A program made the translations under genes and the position numbers. Shown in pieces: positions 8,745-19,256 of a stretch of DNA of 64,000 nt; positions within the stretch are counted from its first letter, which is position 1, and every line of letters begins with the position of its first letter. The notes beneath the pieces were generated by a model, which had not been told where the DNA came from, made no database searches, and saw nothing but the letters and a program-made list of their open reading frames with translations. Source of the DNA: Candidatus Zixiibacteriota bacterium (GTDB lineage Bacteria > Zixibacteria > MSB-5A5 > JAABVY01); NCBI GenBank assembly GCA_011056555.1, contig DSEQ01000025.1, forward strand, positions 3,736-67,735, written 5' to 3'.

Positions 8745-9974
8745 CTAATGTGCTTTTCTCATAGCATTGACCGGTGTAAGCCGGGCGGCATAGATTGCCG
8801 GATAAAGGCTGACTATCAACGTGAAAACAAATACTAAAATCGGGTAAAGTATGAACTGCCCGGCTGTCATGACAGGATAGAGCGGCTCCCGGAAGGTCAC
8901 ACCGCTGTACTCGGATCCTGTGAAATCGAAACCGACATGGGTAAATATATAATTTACGATGAATCCCAGGACGATTCCTGCAACAGAACTGACAATAGCC
9001 AGCGCTCCGGCTTCGAAAACGATCAGGCGCGCCAGTTCAGCTTTCCTGGTACCGACTGCCAGAAGCACCCCGAACTCATACATCCTTTCGTACAACGACA
9101 TAAACAGGGCATTTATGATTCCCAGCGCCACAACGCCAAACAGAATCAGGCCGGTTATATATATGCTGAATCTTGATAATTCAAAAGCTGTCTGGAGCTG
9201 GGGCATTAGTTCGGCCCAGCCCTCGGCCGTATTTCCAAGCCGGGAATATTCATCCCAGAAAGGATGGTCCTTCTGCCTGCCTACTGATGATTGCCTGAAA
9301 TCGATTGCGATTTCATGCGCACTGTCTCCCAGGTTAAGCATCTCCCGTGCTTTATCCAGGCGCACGAAGGCCATGCCCTTATCGAGCTCATCCACATTCA
9401 TAAAATAAATCCCGGATACCCTGAAAAGCTCCTGGGCCAGGTTATCTGTCTGGACCTGCGCTGCGGTCAGCACCACGCGATCCCCAACTCCGACCTCCAG
9501 CCTTTCGGCCAGTTCCCTTCCGATAACCAAATTGCGTTCTCCCCCACCCGCCTCGAAATATGACCCTTTTTCCATCGCATCGTCAATCTGGGAGAGATGC
9601 TTTTCTGATTCGGGATTAATTCCCACCATGGTAACCGATCTCATATTCACAGGCGAACTGATAGCAGCATAAGAAAGCACCCTGACAGAAAAATTTTCGA
9701 CCAGTTCCTCATGCGCAAGCCTGCCGGTCAAGCTGTCCAGATTGGCAATGGTTTTTTCCACCGCATAGGTCTCCTGAAAACCCTCCCGGTGAATCTGTCC
9801 CTCACCCATGAATGATTCGGTGGCGGATTTAATCATATCCCTTTCCATCCCGATCATCAGAGCATCGACAAAGATGAGTGAAGCAAGTCCGATAGCCACC
9901 ACTGTAGAGGCAATCGCGGTGCGTCTTTTGTTGCGAAAAATATTGCGCCAGGCCAGCTTAATAAACATTATCAT
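8745..9974 (-). CDS. ABC transporter permease (LolC/E, FtsX-like)
   Basis: AWRNIFRNKRRT N-terminus, large periplasmic loop, ER..EFGVL.A.G motif, four TM helices. Confidence 0.9.
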   Translation of the reverse strand: MIMFIKLAWRNIFRNKRRTAIASTVVAIGLASLIFVDALMIGMERDMIKSATESFMGEGQIHREGFQETYAVEKTIANLDSLTGRLAHEELVENFSVRVLSYAAISSPVNMRSVTMVGINPESEKHLSQIDDAMEKGSYFEAGGGERNLVIGRELAERLEVGVGDRVVLTAAQVQTDNLAQELFRVSGIYFMNVDELDKGMAFVRLDKAREMLNLGDSAHEIAIDFRQSSVGRQKDHPFWDEYSRLGNTAEGWAELMPQLQTAFELSRFSIYITGLILFGVVALGIINALFMSLYERMYEFGVLLAVGTRKAELARLIVFEAGALAIVSSVAGIVLGFIVNYIFTHVGFDFTGSEYSGVTFREPLYPVMTAGQFILYPILVFVFTLIVSLYPAIYAARLTPVNAMRKAH

Positions 9975-9987
9975 ATTCGCATACTCC

Positions 9988-11202
9988 TCATACCGATCTC
10001 ATCGCCTGGGCGGGCGGAATACGCGCCGCTTTGACCGCCGGAAAGATAGAGACCAGAAATGCAGACACGACAACGCTGAGAGCGGGTATATAGAAACTGC
10101 GCAAATTCACTTCGGTATACATGCGCTTGAATTCGACTCCACCATAAGTAAATGTTTCTGGCAGCGGTACACCGTGAGCAGAAAGAGCATCATTAATCAG
10201 ATAGCTCAACCCGCAGCCGATAATAACCCCCGCCACTGCAATAATCAGAACTTCGATTATTACCAGCCGAAATACCTGACCTGGTGCGGTTCCAAGCGCA
10301 CGCAGGACGCCATACTCATGAGTACGTTCCAGCACACTCATCAGCACGGTGTTCAGCACCCCAACTGCAACCATGATAAGTATCACCACCAACATAATCC
10401 ACATGCCTTCTTTATCAGCCCGCATCGCGCGATAAAAAGATTTCGCAAATTCCTTCCAGGTGGCGACATCCAGCCCTGAATCATTGAGCGCTTCTTCTAT
10501 ACCGGCAGAGGTTTGGGGCACATCCGCCAGATTATCGCATATGACCGCTATTTCATGAATTCTGTTCTGCAGAACCAGGAGTTGCTGCGCATCCTCGAGA
10601 TGAAGGTAGAAGGAGGCGCGGTCCTCCATCTTATCTCCGCTTTCAACTATTCCGAACACTGCATAGAGATCATTGGCAATTGAACCGTCGGCGGCCTGGG
10701 ATATAATTACAATCGTATCACCGACCGAAGCTTTCAAAATTTTTGCCAGGCCCCTTCCCAGCAGAGCCTTATTTGAAGGCTGCGCGGAAAAATATCGGCC
10801 CTCTGCCACTTTTCGGTCCAGATGAGTGGCCCTGCTTTCGATTTCCGGATCAACGCCGATAATTCTCACCCCGGCGCTCTTGTCATTCAGCGAGGCCAGA
10901 CCGGATGCAAACAGGCGCGGAGTTGTGAACTCAACTCCGGCAATATCGGCAATTACATTCCGGAGTGAATCATAATTCTCTATATTCTTATAGAGGGAGG
11001 GTTTATCCAGGTAGCCCTGACTATGAATCTGGATATGGCCGAGACGATTGCGGGTGAATGAATCGATTATATTATTGTAGGTGCCGTCCGACCATCCGAT
11101 CGAAATCGCCGCCAGCACAAATCCCACAAACATGGTCAGCATCGTTATGATGCTGCGGCGCTTGCGCCTGAATATATTGCGCAGGGCGATCTTGAACATC
11201 AT
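9988..11202 (-). CDS. ABC transporter permease (LolC/E, FtsX-like)
   Basis: ALRNIFRRKRRS N-terminus, ERTHEYGVLRALG, C-terminal PAVKAARIPPAQAMR. Confidence 0.9.
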   Translation of the reverse strand: MMFKIALRNIFRRKRRSIITMLTMFVGFVLAAISIGWSDGTYNNIIDSFTRNRLGHIQIHSQGYLDKPSLYKNIENYDSLRNVIADIAGVEFTTPRLFASGLASLNDKSAGVRIIGVDPEIESRATHLDRKVAEGRYFSAQPSNKALLGRGLAKILKASVGDTIVIISQAADGSIANDLYAVFGIVESGDKMEDRASFYLHLEDAQQLLVLQNRIHEIAVICDNLADVPQTSAGIEEALNDSGLDVATWKEFAKSFYRAMRADKEGMWIMLVVILIMVAVGVLNTVLMSVLERTHEYGVLRALGTAPGQVFRLVIIEVLIIAVAGVIIGCGLSYLINDALSAHGVPLPETFTYGGVEFKRMYTEVNLRSFYIPALSVVVSAFLVSIFPAVKAARIPPAQAMRSV

Positions 11203-11219
11203 GGCTTCCGGCTGCTCCT

Positions 11220-11996
11220 TTACTCTGAACGGAGATTGCGCAAAGTGAAAATCCCCTCCTCCGGATCGACTCCGAATTCAAGCTCGATGTAGCGCAGAAT
11301 TGTCCTGCTCTTTTCATCCTCCGGAACCATCTCCATCACAGCTGGAATCCTGCGCCCATCAAATGTGGTGACGTCCCTGAGATATAACGTCCGAGCGAGT
11401 TTGTCATCTTCATCATAATATTTCTCCCAGACTGGAATATATTCGTCTTTTGTGGCAGCGACAACAATGCTCCCCCACACCACAGGCACATCATCATGCG
11501 GGATACATTTGATGTAATAAAGGCTGTCCACCGGATTCTCAACGCTTGTATATTCGTAATCATAATCATCAAAAAGCGAAAACTCCTTAACCAGGTCATC
11601 ATTGGTAAAATCCGAACCCATCCAGGAATTCATCATCATCGAAGGAGGGATTTTTATCACTTTGTTGGTCTTGGGAAGATAGTTCCACATTTCATTCCCT
11701 ATCCTGAGCGTACCCACACCTTCTTCCTTTTCGGGAGCGGTGATCCGGATGAACGTGTGATCCATATTTTTGGTCCAGACCTTCATCTTGAGAGTGCGTT
11801 CCCAGTGCTCGGTGGTAATCTTCATCTCGACTTCGGAGTAGCTGGCCTCGCTGCGGTAGAGCTGATCGATATAGTTAATCACATCCTCAACTTTTGGCCT
11901 GCCGCCTTCGGATTGCGCGTACAGGCATGATCCGATTAATACCATTAAGATTATGAATGAAGTTACAGGAACAAAATAAATCCGTTTAATCATCAT
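11220..11996 (-). CDS. Outer-membrane lipoprotein-sorting (LolA-like) protein
   Basis: Signal peptide, W.YLP...K..KI...SWMGSDFTNDD motif, C-terminal IFTLRNL. Confidence 0.8.
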   Translation of the reverse strand: MMIKRIYFVPVTSFIILMVLIGSCLYAQSEGGRPKVEDVINYIDQLYRSEASYSEVEMKITTEHWERTLKMKVWTKNMDHTFIRITAPEKEEGVGTLRIGNEMWNYLPKTNKVIKIPPSMMMNSWMGSDFTNDDLVKEFSLFDDYDYEYTSVENPVDSLYYIKCIPHDDVPVVWGSIVVAATKDEYIPVWEKYYDEDDKLARTLYLRDVTTFDGRRIPAVMEMVPEDEKSRTILRYIELEFGVDPEEGIFTLRNLRSE

Positions 11997-12120
11997 GTGC
12001 CTCCGGCTAACAGGCGATTGAACTTATTATAGCACCCCATCAGGTTTATATTAATATATTCGTACAACAAAACCAGTTTGTTTTTGAAATTTCAGGGAAT
12101 ATGGTTTTGTTAAGGGCCGC

Positions 12121-13107
12121 TTACTCTCGACTGGGCGGGGCCATAAATTCCGGGCCCAATGGCTCTGAGATATTATTATCTAAAATCTGCTCGATTTCGG
12201 CCAGGTCCTCCGGGGACAATGACCAGTCCCAGATCTCATCCACCGCTTCGAGCTGATCAGGGCGACGCGCGCCCCAGAGCGCCACCTCAACGCCACTGTC
12301 CAGCATCCACCTGACCGCAAGATGTATTACTCTCCTATTATGCTCGTTTTTGGCGAACTGGTCCAGCTCATCGACAGCCTTGAGATATTCCTTGAACCTC
12401 GGCATCTGAAACTTGGGGTCCATCTTGCGCAGATCATCCCCTTCAAATTCGCGATCCTCGCTCATCTTGCCGCTCAAAAGCCCCCGGCAAAGAGAACCGT
12501 AAGCCAGAATTGCGATATCGTTTTCTTTGCAGAAGGGTAACTGGGTCTCAGCGATCTCCCTTTCGAACAGATTATAGGGCGGTTGAGAAACATGCAGAGG
12601 AGCTTCCTTCATAAATGTCTCCATCTGCTCGATTGAATAATTGCTTACTGCAATCGCCCTGATTTTTCCGGCCTCATGAATTTTATACATAGTTTCAGCA
12701 GTCTCCTCGATTGGAACCGCCGGATCGGGCCAGTGCACATGATAGACATCTATATAATCTGTTTTCAAGCGCTTCAGTGAATCATCTACCTCTTTCAACA
12801 GCCGTTCTTCGGAGGCATTCCTGAAAACCTCGTCCCCTTTCCACTCCAGTCCCGCTTTGGTTGAGAGCACGATTCTCTCCCGCTGCCGATATTCGGCCAT
12901 GGCCTTCCCGATAATTTCTTCCGACTTGCCGAAGCCGTATGCGGGCGCGGTGTCGATCAAATTTATTCCCCTTTCCAGAGCGCTCAAAATTGTATCGATG
13001 GATTTTTTTTCATCGGTGCCGCCCCACATCCAGCCTCCGATGGCCCAGGTACCAAGACCCACTCTCGAATTTGCCAGACTGAGATTAGGAAGTGTGACAG
13101 TTTCCAT
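12121..13107 (-). CDS. Aldo/keto reductase (general stress protein 69/YhdN-like)
   Basis: GLGTWAIGG, DTAPAYGFGKSE, SLKRLKTDYIDVYHVHWP, SNY motifs. Confidence 0.92.
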   Translation of the reverse strand: METVTLPNLSLANSRVGLGTWAIGGWMWGGTDEKKSIDTILSALERGINLIDTAPAYGFGKSEEIIGKAMAEYRQRERIVLSTKAGLEWKGDEVFRNASEERLLKEVDDSLKRLKTDYIDVYHVHWPDPAVPIEETAETMYKIHEAGKIRAIAVSNYSIEQMETFMKEAPLHVSQPPYNLFEREIAETQLPFCKENDIAILAYGSLCRGLLSGKMSEDREFEGDDLRKMDPKFQMPRFKEYLKAVDELDQFAKNEHNRRVIHLAVRWMLDSGVEVALWGARRPDQLEAVDEIWDWSLSPEDLAEIEQILDNNISEPLGPEFMAPPSRE

Positions 13108-13192
13108 TTTACTATTTCTCCTTTTTATACTCTATTAAACAACGAATCGATTTCGAATTATGAATATGTATTCCAAAAATGACAACCTGACT

Positions 13193-13921
13193 TTATAGCA
13201 TTTCCTGCAATTCCCTGGCATTCTGAGCTGCATATCCATCCTGATCGTTATCAAAATACATATATATTTCCTTACCACTATCGCTCCAGGCTTCAAAAGC
13301 CCCGCGCCACCCCGCCAGGGTCTCTTTGTCGTATTTGCCTTCGTATTTGGCGCCCGGTCCATGCAGACGGACATAGACAAAATCCGCGGTTATCTCACGC
13401 GGCGATATTTTCTTTTCGAGCTCATATATGCAGAAGGCGGCATTATGCTTTCGCAGGCATTCATAGACATCATCGATCCACCAGCTTTCGTCACGAAATT
13501 CAAAAACATATTTGTCCCTGTCGGGAAGCAATTCCAGAAATGACTCCAGCCTTTCGATGTTTACATTCCAGTGAGGAGGAAGTTGAAACAGAATCGGCCC
13601 CAGTTTCTTATCCAGGGTCTTCACTCTGTCAAGAAAATTGTCAAGCGGTTCTCGGGGGTCATTGAGCTTTTTCATATGAGTAATATAACGGCTGGCCTTT
13701 ACCGCAAAAACAAAATCATCAGGAGCAACATCTTTCCAGTCCTGCAGGGCCCCTTTATTCGGAAGCTGATAAAATGAATTATTGATTTCTACGGAGTGAA
13801 ATATTTCACAATAGTATTCAAACCACTCATTTTTTGGCATTTCATCAGGATAAAATGTGCCTTTCCAGTGATTATAGTTCCAGCCTGAAGTACCTATGTG
13901 TATCTTCTTTTTCTGATTCAT
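13193..13921 (-). CDS. DUF72 family protein
   Basis: IGTSGWNY..W...FYP, VEINNSFY, KASRYITH, FQLPP, YVRLHG, YFDND. Confidence 0.9.
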   Translation of the reverse strand: MNQKKKIHIGTSGWNYNHWKGTFYPDEMPKNEWFEYYCEIFHSVEINNSFYQLPNKGALQDWKDVAPDDFVFAVKASRYITHMKKLNDPREPLDNFLDRVKTLDKKLGPILFQLPPHWNVNIERLESFLELLPDRDKYVFEFRDESWWIDDVYECLRKHNAAFCIYELEKKISPREITADFVYVRLHGPGAKYEGKYDKETLAGWRGAFEAWSDSGKEIYMYFDNDQDGYAAQNARELQEML

Positions 13922-13954
13922 CGTTGATTCTCGTTTCACTAAGATTTTGCATAA

Positions 13955-14341
13955 TCAGGAGACTTTGCCATCGACCATCGTAGGCGGCATTGCTGAACGG
14001 AAACGCAAGAGGGTCGTTTCCATATCTTCATTAATAATTTCCAGGGCTTTGTGTCCTCCATCGGCAGTCTCTTCCATAATCATATATTGCGGGTTTTGAA
14101 TTTTATGGGTGACGGTCTTCTCGGCATTTTCAGATGTGACCACCAGCAGATTCAGGTCACCCTCGTCTTCCAGGACAAAATTCTGCATGGGGGCATTGTC
14201 GGCCAGAACTGTCTTGATGTCGTTCGTATCAAAATGGGTTATATCTAAACGCCAGTTCTTGTGGCTGGTCCCGAATCCAAGCACGAATTCCGGCCACTCC
14301 TCTCTGGGAATCTCGAATTTGCGGACGTTTTCGCTGCTCAT
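13955..14341 (-). CDS. Hypothetical protein (DUF5335-like)
   Basis: EIPREEW..F...F...H.NW start and TLLRF end; ATGA overlap with the upstream stop codon. Confidence 0.6.
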   Translation of the reverse strand: MSSENVRKFEIPREEWPEFVLGFGTSHKNWRLDITHFDTNDIKTVLADNAPMQNFVLEDEGDLNLLVVTSENAEKTVTHKIQNPQYMIMEETADGGHKALEIINEDMETTLLRFRSAMPPTMVDGKVS

Positions 14342-14982
14342 ACAGGCCTCTTTTCCCGCATTAACTCGCACACCTCCTCGTCGCTGACCTGCGGAAAGTT
14401 CTCATACCACTGACCAACACTACTGAACTGTCCGGGAGTATGCATGCAGACTACCTTATCGGCCTCGCTTTCCAGTCTCCGGCAGGTCGGTTCCGCCGCC
14501 ACCGGAACAGCAGCTATCACCTTCCGGGGATCGAGTTTTCTGACGGCTTTTATGGCTGCGAGCATCGATGCTCCGGTCGCCAGGCCATCATCAACCAGCA
14601 AAACGGTTTTGCCCGACACATCGGGAGTTTCTCTGCTTCCCCGATATTTGCGCAAGCGTCTCTCCAATTCGACTTTTTCAACCTCGGCTACCTTATCTAT
14701 TACCCGGGAGGGGATATCCATGGTGCGCACGATATCTTCATTGAGGAGCGTCAGACCACCCTGGGCAATTGATCCCATGGCCAGCTCTTCCTGGCCCGGC
14801 ACGCCAAGTTTCCGGACCATAAAGACATCCAACGGAGCGTTGAGTATGCTCGCGACCTCGTAGGCGACCGGCACCCCTCCGCGCGGAAGCCCGAGCACCA
14901 CAGTATCGTCCCCTTCTATCGTTTCCTTCAGCGACTCCCCCAGTTTCAGTCCTGCTTCTGTGCGATCTTTGAAATATGTCAT
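14338..14982 (-). CDS. Phosphoribosyltransferase family protein
   Basis: FKDRTEAG, LPRGGVPVA, RKLGVPGQEELAMG, PRPP loop VLLVDDGLATGAS. Confidence 0.9.
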   Translation of the reverse strand: MTYFKDRTEAGLKLGESLKETIEGDDTVVLGLPRGGVPVAYEVASILNAPLDVFMVRKLGVPGQEELAMGSIAQGGLTLLNEDIVRTMDIPSRVIDKVAEVEKVELERRLRKYRGSRETPDVSGKTVLLVDDGLATGASMLAAIKAVRKLDPRKVIAAVPVAAEPTCRRLESEADKVVCMHTPGQFSSVGQWYENFPQVSDEEVCELMREKRPV

Positions 14983-15004
14983 ATAATTAAGCCTTTTCCC
15001 GCTG

Positions 15005-15403
15005 TTAATCCGAGGGCATCTCACCCTTGCTGCCGGCCTCAAAGAGTTTATTGTATTCATCCGGAAGCTGCGCCTTGACATCCTCAAGCTCGCCGCCTGT
15101 TACGGCATCCCCGATGACTTCAATCACCACTCTGGCATGGTAAACTGCATCCTGCATTCTGGAGCCTTCTTTCTCGGAGACCTTATTGAAAAACTCGTCC
15201 AGGCCGAACCTCTGGCCATGATCACTGTCGCCCATCAGATACACCACCTCATCAGGCAGTTGTGCCGCTAAATTATTTGCCTCTCCTTCAGTTATTCTCT
15301 CTGACAACGTGCTTAATGTTGCCCGGGTCGCCCTTACCGCTTCCTCCAGCGAACTGAGCCTTGCCCTGCTCTGCACCTCTCTTATAAATTCATCATATTT
15401 CAT
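15005..15403 (-). CDS. DUF2267 family protein
   Basis: MKYDEFIREVQ...ATL.TL.ER...LAAQLP...QLP repeated pattern. Confidence 0.8.
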   Translation of the reverse strand: MKYDEFIREVQSRARLSSLEEAVRATRATLSTLSERITEGEANNLAAQLPDEVVYLMGDSDHGQRFGLDEFFNKVSEKEGSRMQDAVYHARVVIEVIGDAVTGGELEDVKAQLPDEYNKLFEAGSKGEMPSD

Positions 15404-15445
15404 ACATATCACACCCTTCAATTAAAGATCAGATTAAATCTATGA

Positions 15446-16021
15446 TTATTCTGTTTTACCGGAAGGCTTATCCACAACCTGTACTGTGCTGGCCTGAAAT
15501 CCGGCATCGCTGAGGGCGCCGACAAACCTGACACCCATACCCGGCTCCAGATCTTCAAGCCTGTCATTGACCAGGCTGCTTTCGTTGAAATAAACCTCTC
15601 TCCCTTCAATAGTCTTCAGGAAACCGTATCCTTCATCCTTGAATATACGTTCAATGACCGCGGCCACTTCCTGATCAGGATGCACTTTCACCTCATTGCG
15701 CTGCTTTTCAACCAGTTCCTTCAGCTGTCTTTGTGCAGCGGAAAAAACATCACGGATGACAGCGTCCAGCGGCTCATGCATATCGCCGTCGCCGGGCTCA
15801 CGTTTGACCACTATTTCATGACCCGGCGGGACACGTACATTGACCCTGACCCGATAAGGATTGCCCATTCGTTGGTGTTCCTGGGGTTTCTCGAGCGCAA
15901 TCCGGCAGCTTATTATATAATCGCACACCTTTTCCAGTGATGCCACTTTATCGTTAACGAGATCTACAAGCTCGTCAGTTTTTTTTATGTCCCTTAAGGT
16001 TAATTCGAGCGGTACTTCCAA
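15446..16021 (-). CDS. HPF/RaiA ribosome-associated protein fused to a cold-shock-like domain
   Basis: GGAGG RBS before TTG 16021; PLELTLR...CRIALE...PY.VRV...PG...D.F.AA.RQL HPF fold, then GYGFL...GREVYF CSD motif. Confidence 0.85.
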   Translation of the reverse strand: MEVPLELTLRDIKKTDELVDLVNDKVASLEKVCDYIISCRIALEKPQEHQRMGNPYRVRVNVRVPPGHEIVVKREPGDGDMHEPLDAVIRDVFSAAQRQLKELVEKQRNEVKVHPDQEVAAVIERIFKDEGYGFLKTIEGREVYFNESSLVNDRLEDLEPGMGVRFVGALSDAGFQASTVQVVDKPSGKTE

Positions 16022-16204
16022 AACGCCTCCTATCTGGATTCTAAACGCTACAAGCAAGACTCTCCGATTAAAGCCGCTCCTTTTTTTTCCTGTCCGCAGA
16101 CACCGTTAAATTATGCAGGAATACGCCCTTTGCACAATACTAAATAGTTGTATAGGGATTGCGTAAGTGATGTACGTAATAGCGTAAATGCGAAATCTAC
16201 TGCG

Positions 16205-16921
16205 TTACCATTCCAGATTTTCCAGAGCCAGACGGATATCCCCGGCGGTGTTGAAGTGCTGCCTGATGAGGCTGTGTTTACGTCCCATAATAAGCTTCCT
16301 GACATTGTCATCGGCGCGCTTATAGCCCTCGGCCCCCCCGATCATCTCGTAAAAGACTGTCAAGAGATCAAAAACATCCTGCTGAATGCGTTCACGGTTG
16401 GACCGGCCAAGATCAAAAAGATCTATCAAACGCACATTAAAGCCCAGCCCTTTACGTTTGACCATAATATTATCCGTATGAATATCACCATGATACTGGC
16501 CCAGAAAGTGTATCTGCTCGATACCCCGGGCCAGGGCGTACAGCAGATGCATGGCCTGAAACTGGGTGAGCTTTCTTCCCCGCTGGCGTTTAATAAAGGT
16601 GGAGAGAAGCTCCCCTTCGGCCAGATCGGAGACCAGAAATTCGACCCTCTTCCCGCTGATTTTGGCCTCTCCTCTGTGATGGTACTGGATCAATATGGGG
16701 CAGGTTCTCAATTTGTAGAGTTTTCTTGCATACTTCAACAGAGGCTTGCGGCTTATGTGGTAGGGGTAGAATATCTTGGCCGCGCGGATTATACCGGTGT
16801 GCCGTTCGCGGACTTTATAAACCTCTCCCTCCCAGCCTCCTCCCAGGAATTCCACGACATGATAATTGGATCCCAGAGTGCGTCCCTCGGGAAGATCGAA
16901 ACTGAAGTCATTGCGGCCCAT
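16205..16921 (-). CDS. Small Ser/Thr protein kinase-like protein
   Basis: Gly loop LGGGWEGEVY, AAK, catalytic loop HGDIHTDNIM, IDLFD. Confidence 0.8.
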   Translation of the reverse strand: MGRNDFSFDLPEGRTLGSNYHVVEFLGGGWEGEVYKVRERHTGIIRAAKIFYPYHISRKPLLKYARKLYKLRTCPILIQYHHRGEAKISGKRVEFLVSDLAEGELLSTFIKRQRGRKLTQFQAMHLLYALARGIEQIHFLGQYHGDIHTDNIMVKRKGLGFNVRLIDLFDLGRSNRERIQQDVFDLLTVFYEMIGGAEGYKRADDNVRKLIMGRKHSLIRQHFNTAGDIRLALENLEW

Positions 16922-17050
16922 GTGAAAATCGTCCTTTGCCTAAAAATGGTCAATTTCAATATATAAATTGTTAGATTTAAGGCATCTGATTTTTAAGCTA
17001 TACCCGGAAAAATTGTGATTTTCAATATTTAATTTTTGAAACTTTTTTGC

Positions 17051-17079
17051 TTGCCAAAACGTAAAATTTCCACTAAAAT
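17051..17079 (+). promoter_or_regulatory. Sigma70-type promoter of groES-groEL
   Basis: TTGCCA-17 nt-TAAAAT immediately before CIRCE. Confidence 0.7.
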
Positions 17080-17082
17080 ATT

Positions 17083-17109
17083 TTAGCACTCTCACGCCGA
17101 GAGTGCTAA
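17083..17109 (+). promoter_or_regulatory. CIRCE element (HrcA operator)
   Basis: Perfect TTAGCACTC-N9-GAGTGCTAA. Confidence 0.97.
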
Positions 17110-17157
17110 GAACAGCCCTAAACAGATCTCATGCAAGATATAAAAAAGGAGTTTCAT

Positions 17158-17445
17158 ATGAACATCAAGCCTTTGGCAGACAGGGTATTAGTAGAGCCTA
17201 TGGAAGCCGAAGAGGTAAAAAAAGGCGGGATCATCATTCCAGATACCGCCAAGGAGAAGCCCCAGCAGGGCAAGATAATTGCGGTTGGACCCGGCCGCAC
17301 CGCCGAGGACGGCAAAAGGGTTAAAATGGAAGTCTCGGTTGGAGACAAAATTCTATATGGGAAGTATTCCGGCTCGGAGGTTGACATTGACGCCAACAAG
17401 TATCTGATCATGCGCGAGTCGGATATTCTGGCTATTATCAAATAA
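17158..17445 (+). CDS. groES: Co-chaperonin GroES
   Basis: AAGGAG RBS; [10 protein letters not shown]...[15 protein letters not shown]...GKYSG...ESDILA. Confidence 0.98.
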   Translation: MNIKPLADRVLVEPMEAEEVKKGGIIIPDTAKEKPQQGKIIAVGPGRTAEDGKRVKMEVSVGDKILYGKYSGSEVDIDANKYLIMRESDILAIIK

Positions 17446-17464
17446 TTTAAAAGGAGTAGCACAT

Positions 17465-19096
17465 ATGCCCAAGATGATAGCTTATAATACTTCTGCCCGC
17501 GACAAGCTGAAAAAGGGAATCGATAAACTGGCCGATGCTGTAAAGGTTACCCTGGGGCCGCGAGGCCGCAATGTGGTAATCGACAAGAAATTCGGTTCCC
17601 CGACCATCACCAAAGATGGTGTCACTGTCGCAAAAGAGATCGAACTGGAAGACCACTTCGGGAACATGGGCGCCCAGATGGTCAAGGAAGTCGCTTCCAA
17701 GACCTCTGATATCGCCGGTGACGGTACCACAACAGCGACTATAATAGCTCAGGCGATTTACCGCGAAGGTTTGAAAAATGTCACTGCCGGTGCAAATCCG
17801 ATGAGTGTCAAGCGCGGGATTGACAGGGCGGTTGATGCCATTGTGAAAGAACTCAGGGAACTTTCCCGCCCGGTGCCCGGAAAAAACGAGATATCCCAGG
17901 TCGGCACAATTTCGGCCAACAACGACAAGCTGATCGGCGATCTGATCGCGGAAGCTATGGAGAAAGTCGGCAAGGACGGAGTGATCACGGTTGAGGAAGC
18001 CAAAGGTACCGAGACCGAGCTGACAGTAGTCGAAGGTATGCAGTTTGACCGCGGTTACCTCTCTCCCTACTTCATCACTAATCCGGATAATATGGAAGCT
18101 GTCCTGGAAGATCCGATGATTCTTATCCATGACAAAAAGATCTCGAATATGAAAGATCTGCTTCCGATCCTGGAGAAGGTTGCCCAGATGGGCAAGCCGA
18201 TGCTTATCATTGCCGAGGATGTTGAGGGCGAGGCGTTGGCTACACTGGTGGTCAACAAGCTGCGCGGCACGATCAAGGTTGCCGCTGTGAAGGCTCCGGG
18301 TTTCGGTGATCGCAGAAAAGCCATGCTGGAAGACATCTCAGTCCTGACAGGCGGTAAGGTGATTTCCGAGGAACTCGGATTCAAACTCGAGAACACAGTG
18401 GTTTCAGATCTGGGCACGGCCAAGAAAGTCAATATCGACAAGGACAACACGACCATAGTCGAAGGCGGCGGAAGCACCGAGGAAATCAAGGCCCGTATCG
18501 GCCAGATCAAGAAGCAAATCGAGGATACAACCTCCGATTATGACCGCGAGAAACTGCAGGAACGTCTGGCCAAGCTGGCCGGAGGCGTGGCGGTTATCAA
18601 TGTCGGCGCGGCCACCGAGACTGAGATGAAAGAGAAGAAAGCGCGTGTCGAGGACGCCCTTCATGCCACCCGTGCAGCGGTTGAGGAGGGCATAGTGCCC
18701 GGAGGAGGTGTGGCCTACCTGCGTGCTCTGAATGCTCTGGAAAAGGTTAATCTCGATGAAGAGGAGAAAGTGGGTGTAATGATTGTCCGTAAAGCTCTGG
18801 AGGAACCGATCAGGCAGATCGCGTTCAACTCCGGCATTGACGGTTCAATTGTTCTCAATAAAGTGGCAGAGCAGAACGGCGCCTTCGGCTATAATGCGCT
18901 GACCGACACCTATGAGGATCTTCTGAAGGCGGGTGTAATAGACCCCACCAAGGTTGCCCGGACAGCGCTCGAAAATGCCGCTTCTATTGCAGGGCTGCTG
19001 TTGACCACAGAAGCTCTGGTTACCGAGAAGCCCGAAAAGAAAAAGGAAATGCCCGGCGCAGGCATGCCCCCGGGAGGGATGGATGAATGGGATTGA
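17465..19096 (+). CDS. groEL: Chaperonin GroEL
   Basis: [33 protein letters not shown], Gly/Met tail. Confidence 0.99.
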   Translation: MPKMIAYNTSARDKLKKGIDKLADAVKVTLGPRGRNVVIDKKFGSPTITKDGVTVAKEIELEDHFGNMGAQMVKEVASKTSDIAGDGTTTATIIAQAIYREGLKNVTAGANPMSVKRGIDRAVDAIVKELRELSRPVPGKNEISQVGTISANNDKLIGDLIAEAMEKVGKDGVITVEEAKGTETELTVVEGMQFDRGYLSPYFITNPDNMEAVLEDPMILIHDKKISNMKDLLPILEKVAQMGKPMLIIAEDVEGEALATLVVNKLRGTIKVAAVKAPGFGDRRKAMLEDISVLTGGKVISEELGFKLENTVVSDLGTAKKVNIDKDNTTIVEGGGSTEEIKARIGQIKKQIEDTTSDYDREKLQERLAKLAGGVAVINVGAATETEMKEKKARVEDALHATRAAVEEGIVPGGGVAYLRALNALEKVNLDEEEKVGVMIVRKALEEPIRQIAFNSGIDGSIVLNKVAEQNGAFGYNALTDTYEDLLKAGVIDPTKVARTALENAASIAGLLLTTEALVTEKPEKKKEMPGAGMPPGGMDEWD

Positions 19097-19131
19097 TTCC
19101 GCGTATGACACTATAATCAGGTAACTACTCG

Positions 19132-19160
19132 AGCCCGGCTTTTTATGCCGGGCTTTTATT
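19132..19160 (+). terminator. groEL terminator
   Basis: AGCCCGGC / GCCGGGCT stem followed by T-rich tail. Confidence 0.85.
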
Positions 19161-19256
19161 CTGCCGGATTCCATCGCTGAGAAAAATCTTGTTCTATTAA
19201 GTTGTTTTGAGTACAGTAGAGTACAGGCCCAGTATCAGTAAATCGGGGAGGCTCTA

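Noticed and set aside
16148-16966. Long antisense ORFs (also 17447..18130, 27477..28361, 59479..60306)
   Set aside because: They are shadow frames opposite well-supported genes.
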